A stretch of DNA of 64,000 nt from an uncultured Bacilli bacterium (GTDB lineage Bacteria; Bacillota_I; Bacilli_A; RF39; UBA660): positions 17,894-81,893 of the forward strand of contig CANQFG010000001.1 in the NCBI GenBank assembly GCA_947598395.1, given 5' to 3'. Below are positions 11,702 to 21,063 of the stretch, one piece after another. The notes below the pieces were generated by a model that made no database searches, had not been told where the DNA came from, and worked only from the letters and a program-made list of their open reading frames with translations. Every line of letters begins with the position of its first letter. Position 1 is the stretch's first letter. Both the position numbers and the translations under genes were made by a program.

Positions 11702-12748
11702 CTATTCACTCTCCAATCGATCGAAAGCTTGCACTTCGCGCAAATCCGTATTATAGAAGGTCCGCAAATCATTGATGCCATATTTGAGCATCGCAAGTCT
11801 TTCGGCACCAAAGCCAAAGGCAAAACCACACCATTTTTCGGGATCATACCCGCAATTGCGCAAGACATTAGGATGAACCATTCCCGCACCACTGACGGTA
11901 ATCCACCCCGTATTTTTACATAGACTACAGCCCTTGCCATGACAAGCAAAGCAAGAAATATCGGTCTCGACCGATGGCTCAGTAAATTGATAATAAGATG
12001 GTCTAAAACGCGTTTCGACATCGGGTCCAAAGAGCCGTTTGGCAACAATATCAAAGGTTCCCTTTAAGTCGGATAAAGAGACATTTTTATCGACTAATAG
12101 GCCTTCAATTTGCATAAATTGATGGGAATGCGTGGCATCATCATCATCGCGCCGATACGTCTTACCTGGGCAAATCATCCGAATTGGCACTTCCCCATGA
12201 CCCGCAAGCATCGTCCGCGCTTGAACGGGTGAAGTTTGACTGCGCAAAAGTATTTCATCATCCTTTAAATAGAAGGTATCTTGAGCATCGCGCGCCGGAT
12301 GACCTTTGGGAATATTTAAAAGTTCAAAGTTATAATGATCCTCTTCAATCTCCGGTCCATCGACGACATCATACCCCATCGACATGAATACTTCCTCGAC
12401 TTCTTCGATAACCGCTTCCAAAATATTCGGAGCCCCTACTTTAATCTTCGTCGATGGCAAACTGACATCGATAACTTCGGAGCGCAATTTGGCATTTAAT
12501 ATCTCATCGTTAATAGAACGCTCCTTTTCATTGATGATATTAGTTACCTCATCTTTTAAAGTATTCGATAACTTGCCGACTTCCTTCCGCTCTTCGACGG
12601 ATAAATCCTTCATATTTTTAGTAAGTTCCGTAATGACACCCGATTTACCAATATATTTGGCCTTTAATTCGACGATATCTTGTAGTGTCTTAACTTGCTC
12701 GATGTCAGCTAATAATTCACTTTTGATCTTTTCGACTTTTTCTTGCAT
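11702..12748 (-). CDS. pheS: Phenylalanine--tRNA ligase alpha subunit
   Basis: 348 aa with class II aaRS motifs (FRPSYYQFTEPS, GFAFGFGAERLAML). pheS-pheT operon arrangement. Confidence 0.95.
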   Translation of the reverse strand: MQEKVEKIKSELLADIEQVKTLQDIVELKAKYIGKSGVITELTKNMKDLSVEERKEVGKLSNTLKDEVTNIINEKERSINDEILNAKLRSEVIDVSLPSTKIKVGAPNILEAVIEEVEEVFMSMGYDVVDGPEIEEDHYNFELLNIPKGHPARDAQDTFYLKDDEILLRSQTSPVQARTMLAGHGEVPIRMICPGKTYRRDDDDATHSHQFMQIEGLLVDKNVSLSDLKGTFDIVAKRLFGPDVETRFRPSYYQFTEPSVETDISCFACHGKGCSLCKNTGWITVSGAGMVHPNVLRNCGYDPEKWCGFAFGFGAERLAMLKYGINDLRTFYNTDLREVQAFDRLESE

Positions 12749-12985
12749 TCTAATCCCTCTTTCTAAATAAAAAAAGCCACGAATCTAAGGACGGATATTT
12801 CCGCGGTACCACCTTAGTTCATGACTAATCATGCTTCTTAAAATCTTAACGCGATTCGACGATCGACACTCCTGTGATGAATTTCATTATTTATTTTAAT
12901 TTAAGATACTCTCAGCCGCTGATATCTTTTCTCTTATCAATACAATAAATAACTACTTGTGCACATTCTCCGTGTCACTGGTTAT
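12749..12985 (-). promoter_or_regulatory. T-box riboswitch leader of pheST, with a sigmaA-type promoter at its 5' end
   Basis: The minus strand reads AAGGTGGTACCGCGG (T-box consensus AGGGTGGNACCGCG, plus-strand 12801..12813). A terminator hairpin plus U-run follows just before the pheS RBS. Promoter TTGACA-17-TAAAAT lies at about 12985..13013. Confidence 0.8.
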
Positions 12986-13019
12986 ATTTTATATCTTAAA
13001 TATTTACTTGTCAAACATT

Positions 13020-15197
13020 TTATTTAACTTTGCGCAAACGCAAGGCATTGAAGATGACACAGAGACTCGAAAGCATCATCGTTCCACTGGCAATCATCGG
13101 ATTTATTTCAATGCCAACTTTTTTAAATAGACCCATCGCGATAGGTATCATTAAGATATTATAGAAGAAGGCCCAAAATAAATTTTCCTTGATATTCTTT
13201 AAAGTCTTCTTACCTATCGTCAAAAAGGTTAACAAATTGGTTAAATTATCATTCGTCATCACGACATTAGCCGCATTGGTGGCAATATCCGTACTTCCCG
13301 TAAAGCTTATGCCGATATCCGCCGTCGTAAGAGCCGGAGCATCATTGATGCCATCACCCACCATGATGACCCTCTTTTGCGCATTTTTTAATTCTTTAAT
13401 ATATTTTGTCTTATGGGCCGGCAAACAATCCGAAACGATATTTTCGATACAAAGTTCTTGCCCAATAATATCAGCGGTAGCCCCCATATCTCCCGTAAGC
13501 ATGATGACGTCATAACCCATTTTCTTTAATTTTTTTATGGTCGCAGGGGCTTCTTCCCGTATCGTATCCTTAATGCCGAGCAAGCCAATTATTTTTTTAT
13601 TCTCAACTATATATATTATACTATTGCCATTGCGAGAAAGTTCTTTAGCCTCGTCTTCATACGCATTTTCACAATCGAGAATTTTGGCATTGCCCAAACA
13701 ATATGTCTTTTTGCTAATATTAGCCGAAAGACCATGACCCGATAATTCGCGATAATTTTCGACATTCAATTCCTTTATCTTATATTTAATTAACGACTTG
13801 GCAATCGGATGAGAAGAATAAGCTTCAATATTGGCAACGATATTGAGTAAATCCTTATCTTCATAATGTGAATAATTATTTATCTTACTCAAACTCAATT
13901 GGCCCTTAGTCAAAGTACCCGTTTTATCAAAGACGATCGTATCGATATGAGCCGCCAATTCCAATGTTTCACTCGTCTTAATAAGAATACCCTTTTGATA
14001 GGCATTGCCAATAGCCACGACGATAGCCAAAGGGGTGGCAAGACCTAAAGCACATGGACAAGCGACGACGAGGACCGTTACCATATGAATCAAAGCTTCA
14101 TTTAGCGGAGCCTTAAAAATTAAATAGCCAAGTAATGTCAAAAGAGCGAGAACAAAGATAATAGGCACGAAGTACGAACTTACGCGATCGGCAATGCGCG
14201 AAATAGGCATCTTGGAATTACTGGCTTCTAAAACTAAATGCACCATTTCCGAAATTGTCGATTTAGGGCCAATTTTTTCAGCCCGATATTCGACGATGCC
14301 ATCATAATTTATCGAACCAGCTACCAGTTTATCACCTTTATTTTTCTTTGATGGCGTCGATTCACCAGTAATAAACGATTCATCAAAATGAGCACTGCCC
14401 TTAATGACTTCTCCATCGACGGCAACTTTCATTCCCGGTTTAACAAGTAAAATGTCGTCTACTTTAACCTCATCGATTGTTACCTCTTGTTCACCATTTT
14501 TAGTTTTTAATAAAGCCGTTTCTGGCGTTACTTTGACGAGTCCTTGAATAGCTTCCGTCGTCTTTGCTTTACTATTCTTATCGATAACTCTTCCCAATTT
14601 AATAAAGAGAATAATCATACAAACAGATTCAAAATATAAGTGTTCCGTTAGAGAGTTATGACCCAAAAAAATGAGAATCATATTTATAAAACTATAGATA
14701 AAACTTACCAAAACACCCATCATTACTAACGTATCCATATTTGGCGATTTCAAGATAAGATTTTTAAAGCCATTCTTTAATATATCTTTGCCATATATGA
14801 GATAGGGAACTGATAATAGACATAGAGAAAGGGCATAATTTTTAGGGTATTTCATCATATCTAAAAAAGGAATAGCCGGAATATTTAACATATGTCCCAT
14901 CGATACATACATGATAAAGATCATGAGAATCCCAAGAATAATCAAGTATAGTTTGCTATAATCTTTTTTATTTTCCGCTTGTTCATCATATATACCGGCA
15001 TATTTATAACCTGAATTATCGATATATTGAGCAATAGTAGCAATATCTAAATCATCTTCATAATGAATTAAAGCTTGTCCCAAAACGAGATTAACGGATG
15101 CATCAATTATTCCCTTTTGTTTATTTAAATATTTTTCAACATGATTAGAACATGCCGAACACGTCATGCCGTCAACTTTTAAGATAATCTTTTTCAT
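13020..15197 (-). CDS. copA: Copper-translocating P-type ATPase
   Basis: N-terminal HMA domain GMTCSACSNHVE, the CPC motif VVACPCALGLATP, DKTGT phosphorylation motif and GDGINDAP. Start chosen at MKKIILKVDG, which has RBS GAGGTGGA. Confidence 0.9.
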   Translation of the reverse strand: MKKIILKVDGMTCSACSNHVEKYLNKQKGIIDASVNLVLGQALIHYEDDLDIATIAQYIDNSGYKYAGIYDEQAENKKDYSKLYLIILGILMIFIMYVSMGHMLNIPAIPFLDMMKYPKNYALSLCLLSVPYLIYGKDILKNGFKNLILKSPNMDTLVMMGVLVSFIYSFINMILIFLGHNSLTEHLYFESVCMIILFIKLGRVIDKNSKAKTTEAIQGLVKVTPETALLKTKNGEQEVTIDEVKVDDILLVKPGMKVAVDGEVIKGSAHFDESFITGESTPSKKNKGDKLVAGSINYDGIVEYRAEKIGPKSTISEMVHLVLEASNSKMPISRIADRVSSYFVPIIFVLALLTLLGYLIFKAPLNEALIHMVTVLVVACPCALGLATPLAIVVAIGNAYQKGILIKTSETLELAAHIDTIVFDKTGTLTKGQLSLSKINNYSHYEDKDLLNIVANIEAYSSHPIAKSLIKYKIKELNVENYRELSGHGLSANISKKTYCLGNAKILDCENAYEDEAKELSRNGNSIIYIVENKKIIGLLGIKDTIREEAPATIKKLKKMGYDVIMLTGDMGATADIIGQELCIENIVSDCLPAHKTKYIKELKNAQKRVIMVGDGINDAPALTTADIGISFTGSTDIATNAANVVMTNDNLTNLLTFLTIGKKTLKNIKENLFWAFFYNILMIPIAMGLFKKVGIEINPMIASGTMMLSSLCVIFNALRLRKVK

Positions 15198-15253
15198 GAT
15201 CCACCTCTTTTTAAATCCCAACTTAAACACATTATAGCATAACTTTAAAAAAC

Positions 15254-15280
15254 TTAAGCATATAAAAACGCCTATATCTA
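15254..15280 (-). terminator. Rho-independent terminator after the FGE-domain gene A
   Basis: Minus strand AAACGCTTAGATATAGGCGTTTTTAT: the hairpin AAACGC/GCGTTT is followed by a U-run. Confidence 0.55.
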
Positions 15281-15285
15281 AGCGT

Positions 15286-17052
15286 TTAATTGGTTGGAGC
15301 TAAAGCGAGGCGAAAGCCATCGCCTCCATTTCCCGCACCAGTGTTCCTATTGAAGCCAAACTGTCCAGCTATAACTCCGTTGCTGTAATATCCGCCTCGA
15401 ATGAACCAAGGATACAACGGGTCAACGAAATTGGAAGAGTCAGCGTACCAACGATTGTGATATCGATTTACACCATCTCCATCTTGATAATTAGAAAATG
15501 GCCCCATCTCACCTGTAGCGTCTCCTAATATCATTTTAGTAGATCCATTCATAGTACTTTCATTATCATAAACATCGAAATATTTCGCATTTAAAGTTTT
15601 TAATTCATCAGTTATGAATCCACTAGTATCTTTTGACGATTCAGGTACATAAGCTGCTACATACTCCCATGCTCCTCCGGACATATCATAGACACCAGTT
15701 ATATTTCCCGTCGTACTTGCGGTAAATCCATTTGTCGTGTTCCATTCGGTATTAAAGTTTGCACCATCACCAATTTGACCTGACAATTTATTTTGATCAG
15801 TATCAGTTAAATCTGCATATCCAGTTTTGTATAAACTATTGTTATTAATAGTTACTTCCTTATTTATTCCAAATATTGAGTGACTTAAATAGGCTACTGC
15901 GCCCCATTCAGTATTCTTTAACATATGGGAATTTAATGCATTTTTATATTCTTTTGCAGCATCAAAGAAAGTTTTAACATTCGCTCCCCGCCATGAGTAC
16001 AAACCTGGCTTAACAACTATATTAGTTGATGCACCGGTAGCTTTTTTGGCATCTTCTGCACTATTAGCATCTTTATATCCAACTTCAAACTTACCAATCC
16101 AAAAACCATTTCCTCCAAAGGCTAGGAAAGCGGGATGAGTCATGTATTCACCGTTGGAACATTCACCAATATCGCCACTTACTTTTGGTGTTTTACATGA
16201 GACACCATCGTTTTCGGTTGTATCATTTGTATCAAATTCAATGTCGATGGTATGTATTCCTACATTTTCATTTGTCGTCTCAACATTCCATAATCGATAT
16301 TTATATTTGGGTATCCATACAAACATCGATTCGACTTTTGACATGTCTATTGTTTCGCCATCATCTGAGGCTTCCACTTCATCATTTAAAATTACTGCAT
16401 TAGCCCATCTCTTTTCACAATAGTTATACCAATCAGAATTGTCTTTACTTACTTTTGTTATTTCTCCATTATCATTAATCGTTACTGGTATTAATTTATT
16501 TTCTTCATCAAGAGTTGGTATTGGAATATTTTCACAACTATTCTCTGCTAATAAAACTTCCGGATTATCGTCTCTCTCCGTTGCCGTTGCTGTTATCGTA
16601 CATGTAAATTCTTCCGAAATAGACTCAATGCTTGATTTTTTAAGTTCTACTGTTACCGTTCCACTTGCCCGACTTTGGGCTTTGATTATATCTACAGGCA
16701 TTTCACTTTTTATCGTGACATATTCATTAAACTTCTCTTGATTTTTTGGTACACATTCGATCTCGACTGTTGCATCATATTGCCGTGAATTATTGGTTAC
16801 TTCAAATTCAAGAATGGATGTCTCTCCAATGGTTTTTAATTCACTAGTTTCATATGTAATTTTCTTTCTTGTCTCTTCATCAATTACTTCTCGACTTTTA
16901 TCTTTACCATCAATTATAGCTTTGGAAAAATAAATATCATAATCATCTTTATTAAAACCAAGATTTATTACTCCATTTATTGTCAATGTTGCTGTTACTA
17001 AAGCAAAACCTATTGTCATTAAAATTAAAGCTATTATTATTCCTTTTTTCAT
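15286..17052 (-). CDS. Secreted or membrane-anchored protein with a C-terminal FGE/SUMF1 (sulfatase-modifying-factor-like) domain, paralog A
   Basis: N-terminal signal-anchor MKKGIIIALILMTIGFALVTA. C-terminal FGE-domain signatures NTEWGAVAYLSHS, GVYDMSGGAWEYVAAY, RGGYY...GFRLALAP. About 75% identical to paralog B (21064..22845) over the C-terminal half. Confidence 0.75.
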   Translation of the reverse strand: MKKGIIIALILMTIGFALVTATLTINGVINLGFNKDDYDIYFSKAIIDGKDKSREVIDEETRKKITYETSELKTIGETSILEFEVTNNSRQYDATVEIECVPKNQEKFNEYVTIKSEMPVDIIKAQSRASGTVTVELKKSSIESISEEFTCTITATATERDDNPEVLLAENSCENIPIPTLDEENKLIPVTINDNGEITKVSKDNSDWYNYCEKRWANAVILNDEVEASDDGETIDMSKVESMFVWIPKYKYRLWNVETTNENVGIHTIDIEFDTNDTTENDGVSCKTPKVSGDIGECSNGEYMTHPAFLAFGGNGFWIGKFEVGYKDANSAEDAKKATGASTNIVVKPGLYSWRGANVKTFFDAAKEYKNALNSHMLKNTEWGAVAYLSHSIFGINKEVTINNNSLYKTGYADLTDTDQNKLSGQIGDGANFNTEWNTTNGFTASTTGNITGVYDMSGGAWEYVAAYVPESSKDTSGFITDELKTLNAKYFDVYDNESTMNGSTKMILGDATGEMGPFSNYQDGDGVNRYHNRWYADSSNFVDPLYPWFIRGGYYSNGVIAGQFGFNRNTGAGNGGDGFRLALAPTN

Positions 17053-17084
17053 GTCGATCTCTGCTCCTATTTTCCATTTTCTCT

Positions 17085-17120
17085 ATTGTATTGCACCCCC
17101 CCCAATTGCTTATTTTTCAA
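17085..17120 (-). promoter_or_regulatory. Promoter of FGE paralog A with a poly-G8 tract (C8 on the plus strand, 17096..17103) in the -35/-10 spacer
   Basis: Minus strand TTGAAA (17120..17115), then a 19-nt spacer AATAAGCAATTGGGGGGGG, then TGCAAT (17095..17090). RBS AGGAGC precedes the ATG. The segment is nearly identical to the promoter of paralog B. Confidence 0.6.
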
Positions 17121-17123
17121 CAT

Positions 17124-17146
17124 GAAAAAACTCACCGAAGTGAGCT
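17124..17146 (-). terminator. Rho-independent terminator of the upstream transporter gene
   Basis: Minus strand GCTCACTTCGGTGAGTTTTTT: a perfect 5-bp stem, tetraloop and U-run. Confidence 0.7.
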
Positions 17147-17154
17147 TAATATTA

Positions 17155-18594
17155 CTAAATATATGTTAGTATTGCTAAGATAATCATAATGACTACTAAT
17201 AATGAAATAGCAAATTTCCAAATATGTTTAATCCATTCACTATAACGAACATTCATCATCGATAAACCTAACATTAACATGACACTAGTAGGCGCTATAA
17301 AACTTGCAAATCCATATGAAGTTTGGAATATTAAAGCACCAATTGAAGAATTACTTGCCGTCGTAAATAATGAACCAATTAATTGATTAATATATTGGAA
17401 ATCAACAGCAAATACACTAGTTAAAGCACCTGATATAAATAATGTAAAGAAATTATTTCCAATGCTCATAATCTTACTAACAACTACCGGAATTGTTGGG
17501 AAGATTAAACTAATTTCAAGAGTCGTAAATATTACAAATAATACGACAACTGATTTACCAGCAATTTTAAATCCTTCACCATATTCATCGAGAATTTTAT
17601 CAAAAGGAATATGGTAAATAATCTTAATGATAAATGTCGTAACAAATAATACACAAGCAGCTCCAAATAAGTCCCAATTACCAAATACATATGGCATTGA
17701 ACTAGCCGCATTGGAATATACAGAACCTAAAATATAAGAGAATATTGGTGTATTAAATAATTCGGCATTGACAACCCAATCATGAACATCAGTAAATAGA
17801 GTTACCGTAAATGCTGATTCCCAACCAATAAAGGCAAGAATTAATAATACTACCGCAACAAACATCACAATAGCAAGAGGAATAACACTTATCTTATGTT
17901 CTTTCTTATTTTTAGCTTTCTTAGTCTCTACTACTTCTTTAGCAAAAGGATCAACTAATAAAGCGGCATCTTTTTTCTTACTCATTCTTAAGAATGTAAA
18001 GAATAACAATAAGATATAAGCAATGGCAAACAAGATAATTGTCGTTATAAGTTCAAAGCCATATTTTACTTGTAAGGCCGTTACTAACGTACCAACAATC
18101 TTTGTCGAATATGTTGCTCCTAAGATACCAACTAATGCGCCACCAAACGTTGCCGATACACCGACAACTTTATCAACTTTTAATTTACTTAAAATACTAA
18201 TAGCAAATGGTATTAAAGCAAGCAATACATAATAATCCGTAGCTACTCCTGCCCATGCTGCAAAGAATAAAGTTGAAATTGCAACAAATATTTTTTCCTT
18301 TCCTGTAAATATTTTCGCAACACCATCAGTAAGTTTTTGATATGCTTCCGTACTTCCTAAAAACTTATAGAAACCCGAAATAACAAAAACAAACATAAGA
18401 GTCGTCGTAAAATAATACATACCTAAAAGACCATAAGTAGAGATATCAAAAAGACCAACTCTTACGATTTCATCAGTTACTAATTCGCCATTTTGATAAT
18501 AGGCATTACTACATAACCAACTCAATAAAATGGCAATTACTAACACGATACCAGATGCTTTGAATAAATCATGTTTTTCAAAAAATTTCTTCAT
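17155..18594 (-). CDS. YfcC/AbgT-like multi-pass membrane transporter (anaerobic C4-dicarboxylate/basic amino acid carrier superfamily)
   Basis: About 12 predicted TM helices throughout. Start at MKKFFEK with RBS AGGAGG. Family assignment rests on overall architecture. Confidence 0.5.
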   Translation of the reverse strand: MKKFFEKHDLFKASGIVLVIAILLSWLCSNAYYQNGELVTDEIVRVGLFDISTYGLLGMYYFTTTLMFVFVISGFYKFLGSTEAYQKLTDGVAKIFTGKEKIFVAISTLFFAAWAGVATDYYVLLALIPFAISILSKLKVDKVVGVSATFGGALVGILGATYSTKIVGTLVTALQVKYGFELITTIILFAIAYILLLFFTFLRMSKKKDAALLVDPFAKEVVETKKAKNKKEHKISVIPLAIVMFVAVVLLILAFIGWESAFTVTLFTDVHDWVVNAELFNTPIFSYILGSVYSNAASSMPYVFGNWDLFGAACVLFVTTFIIKIIYHIPFDKILDEYGEGFKIAGKSVVVLFVIFTTLEISLIFPTIPVVVSKIMSIGNNFFTLFISGALTSVFAVDFQYINQLIGSLFTTASNSSIGALIFQTSYGFASFIAPTSVMLMLGLSMMNVRYSEWIKHIWKFAISLLVVIMIILAILTYI

Positions 18595-18681
18595 TTCTAA
18601 CCTCCTATAACCCAATTATATCATATTCTTAAAAATAGGAAGCATTTTTTTATAAATAATATTCCCGAATTATAGCCCTTA

Positions 18682-19491
18682 TTAGCGAAATATTTGTTTT
18701 TGATATTCACTAGTAACTAATTCTAACTTTTTAGCTATCGGATGATTATTTAAATAAAGACTAGCTAATTCATTAGAAATTACGGGATCTAAACCTTTAG
18801 ATTGAACTTTTTCAAAGATTATATCCCGCGTCAATGGTCTTCTTTGGGGTACGATAACTTTGGTATCATTATTCGTCTCATAGAATCCATAACCATATAG
18901 ATCATCTCTATTATCGACACATATATAATTAGTACTTACTTCTTTACTATGCCCTAAAGGATAAATATATCTCGTTACAACCATCTCATATGGATTGCGA
19001 TTATTCAAATAATTAGTAAATATCTTAATATCGCCATAACGACTTGGAATTTGATAATATGACGATAGACTTATAATGGGCTTTTCTAATTCTCTTCCAC
19101 TACTCAATCCATGATAATAACAAAAATAATTTAATTCATCGCCATAAGGATTTTCCATACTATATAATTGCCGAACATCATTGGTCTTATTATCTATGAT
19201 ACTTACCGTTGGATAGATATAATTTAAATTAATTGAATATTCATTTTCCGGCGTTAAAAAGCTGACAATTGAACCATCTTTAAAACATACACAGTTGACT
19301 TCTAATGTTCCATTTTCCCAAAATAATGCAACATAGTTTTCGCCATCTAAAGCATCGTCTATCATTTTAGATACGATGATCTTTTGATTGCCATCCTCAC
19401 AAATAGCCGCAATGATCGTATTAGTATATTCTGCTAATAATTCAAATATCTTTTGATTTCCCTCAAATGGCAAACTTTCAAATTTAAGCAT
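18682..19491 (-). CDS. Hypothetical protein
   Basis: ORF with RBS GAGGTG before MLKFESL, no recognisable motif. Confidence 0.45.
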   Translation of the reverse strand: MLKFESLPFEGNQKIFELLAEYTNTIIAAICEDGNQKIIVSKMIDDALDGENYVALFWENGTLEVNCVCFKDGSIVSFLTPENEYSINLNYIYPTVSIIDNKTNDVRQLYSMENPYGDELNYFCYYHGLSSGRELEKPIISLSSYYQIPSRYGDIKIFTNYLNNRNPYEMVVTRYIYPLGHSKEVSTNYICVDNRDDLYGYGFYETNNDTKVIVPQRRPLTRDIIFEKVQSKGLDPVISNELASLYLNNHPIAKKLELVTSEYQKQIFR

Positions 19492-19575
19492 AATAAACAC
19501 CTCGAAGATATATCTTATCACAAATAAGGTATTATTTTAATATCTATTACATAAAAATTTAGTGAGGTGAAAAAA

Positions 19576-19911
19576 ATGAATGGTGCATATTATCCTAATC
19601 CCACATTTCCAACTAATATGAATAATTATCAAAGTGATGGTACTGAGGCCAATTCAACATTGCCAATGGAACAAAGTTATATCGAAAATATCTTAAGACT
19701 TAATAAAGGAAAAAAAGCCAAGGTATTCTGCGCATTTCCCGATAGCAATGATTGGCGAGATCGCATATACGATGGCATAATTGAAGAAGCCGGCAAAGAT
19801 CACTTGATAATGAGCAGTCCTTCAACCGGCGATTGGTATTTAATTCCCTTAATTTATGTCAATTGGGTTGAATTTGAAGAAAAGCTTAATTATACTAAAT
19901 TTTATTCATAA
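19576..19911 (+). CDS. gerQ: Spore coat protein GerQ (YwdL)-like
   Basis: SYIENILRLNKGKKA...GIIEEAGKDHLIMSSPSTGDWYLIPLIYVNWVEF matches the conserved C-terminal GerQ block as I recall it. RBS GAGGTG precedes the ATG at 19576. Confidence 0.55.
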   Translation: MNGAYYPNPTFPTNMNNYQSDGTEANSTLPMEQSYIENILRLNKGKKAKVFCAFPDSNDWRDRIYDGIIEEAGKDHLIMSSPSTGDWYLIPLIYVNWVEFEEKLNYTKFYS

Positions 19912-20425
19912 AATAATTTAGATTATTAACTTCTTCTCCTAAAGTAGTCGGTGCATAATGTCCCGGATATATGCGAATATCTAAAGGATACTTTAAAATC
20001 TTCTTAATACTTTGACGCATATCGAAAGGACTACTTTCTTTAAAATCAGTTCGTCCAATACTATTTTTAAAAATAAAATCTCCCGAAAATAAAACTTTAT
20101 CTTCTTTAAAGTAAATAGAAATTGAATCATCAGTATGTCCTGGTGTCATAATTATTTCAAAGCTAAAATTACCTATCGAAAATTTTCCTTCTTGCAAATT
20201 AGTCTTGGAATAAATTGGGCAGTTATAACGGACGAGTATTCCATTTAACGCACCAATATGATCAGCATGAGTATGGGTTAAAATAATACCTAGTACTCTT
20301 TTTTCAATGTTCGAAATAATCTTTTCAGCTTCATCTCCAGGGTCGATTATCAAGCAGTTTGTTCCCCTTTCGATAATATAACAGTTTTCTTGTAAAGGGC
20401 CAACGACAATTGTTTTAATATTCAT
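19895..20425 (-). CDS. MBL-fold metallo-hydrolase (glyoxalase II-like)
   Basis: HTHADHIG metal-binding motif. Start placed at MNIKTIVVGP with RBS AGGTGAG, because the longer track ORF has an unsupported N-terminal extension. Confidence 0.75.
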   Translation of the reverse strand: MNIKTIVVGPLQENCYIIERGTNCLIIDPGDEAEKIISNIEKRVLGIILTHTHADHIGALNGILVRYNCPIYSKTNLQEGKFSIGNFSFEIIMTPGHTDDSISIYFKEDKVLFSGDFIFKNSIGRTDFKESSPFDMRQSIKKILKYPLDIRIYPGHYAPTTLGEEVNNLNYFMNKI

Positions 20426-20480
20426 TTTCTCACCTATATTTATCCTTTTTCTTATGATATAATTATACTTAGGTGGTAGC

Positions 20481-21029
20481 ATGAATGCAATAATAATAGT
20501 CATCTTAACATTAATAATCATCATAGCTTTTCTCATAATGATATATATAAATATGGCTAATAAACTCGTCTATTCTAAGATACGAATTGATGAAGCCGAA
20601 AAATCGATAATCGATGAACTAAATAGACGTTGTGAATTGATAAAGAAATGCCAATCGACAATTGAAAAAAATACGAAGATGGACTTAACGCTATTTCATG
20701 AATTAGAAAAGATTCAAACGACATCCATAAGTAGTTATGATTTGGAGCGTAAGGTTACAGAAGCGATTAATATTATCTATTTAGTTAAAAATGATTATCC
20801 TAAAATAGAAGAGAAAAAAGATTTTCGCGAAACACTTAGAAAATTAAATGAGAGTGATACGAAAATTGATGCGGCTAAATCTTTTTATAATAAAAACAAT
20901 AATAAATTAGTTACTCTATTAAAAAAATTTCCCTATAATTTAGTAGCAATGACTAAGGGAATAAAGATTCAACCTTACTACGAAGGTAAAGACATCTTTA
21001 ACGAAGATGATGATGGTATAAAAATATAG
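20481..21029 (+). CDS. lemA: LemA family membrane protein
   Basis: N-terminal TM helix and the C-terminal LemA signature SFYNKNNNKLVTLLKKFPYNLVAMTKG. Confidence 0.75.
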   Translation: MNAIIIVILTLIIIIAFLIMIYINMANKLVYSKIRIDEAEKSIIDELNRRCELIKKCQSTIEKNTKMDLTLFHELEKIQTTSISSYDLERKVTEAINIIYLVKNDYPKIEEKKDFRETLRKLNESDTKIDAAKSFYNKNNNKLVTLLKKFPYNLVAMTKGIKIQPYYEGKDIFNEDDDGIKI

Positions 21030-21063
21030 ACAAACAAAAAAGTCAAACGATTTGGTTTGGCTT

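Noticed and set aside
15198-15285. CopY/CsoR operator (TACAnnTGTA or a GC-rich inverted repeat) upstream of copA
   Set aside because: Only a generic -10 element (GCTATAAT) and the FGE-gene terminator are present. No cop-box-like palindrome was found, so no regulatory site is claimed.
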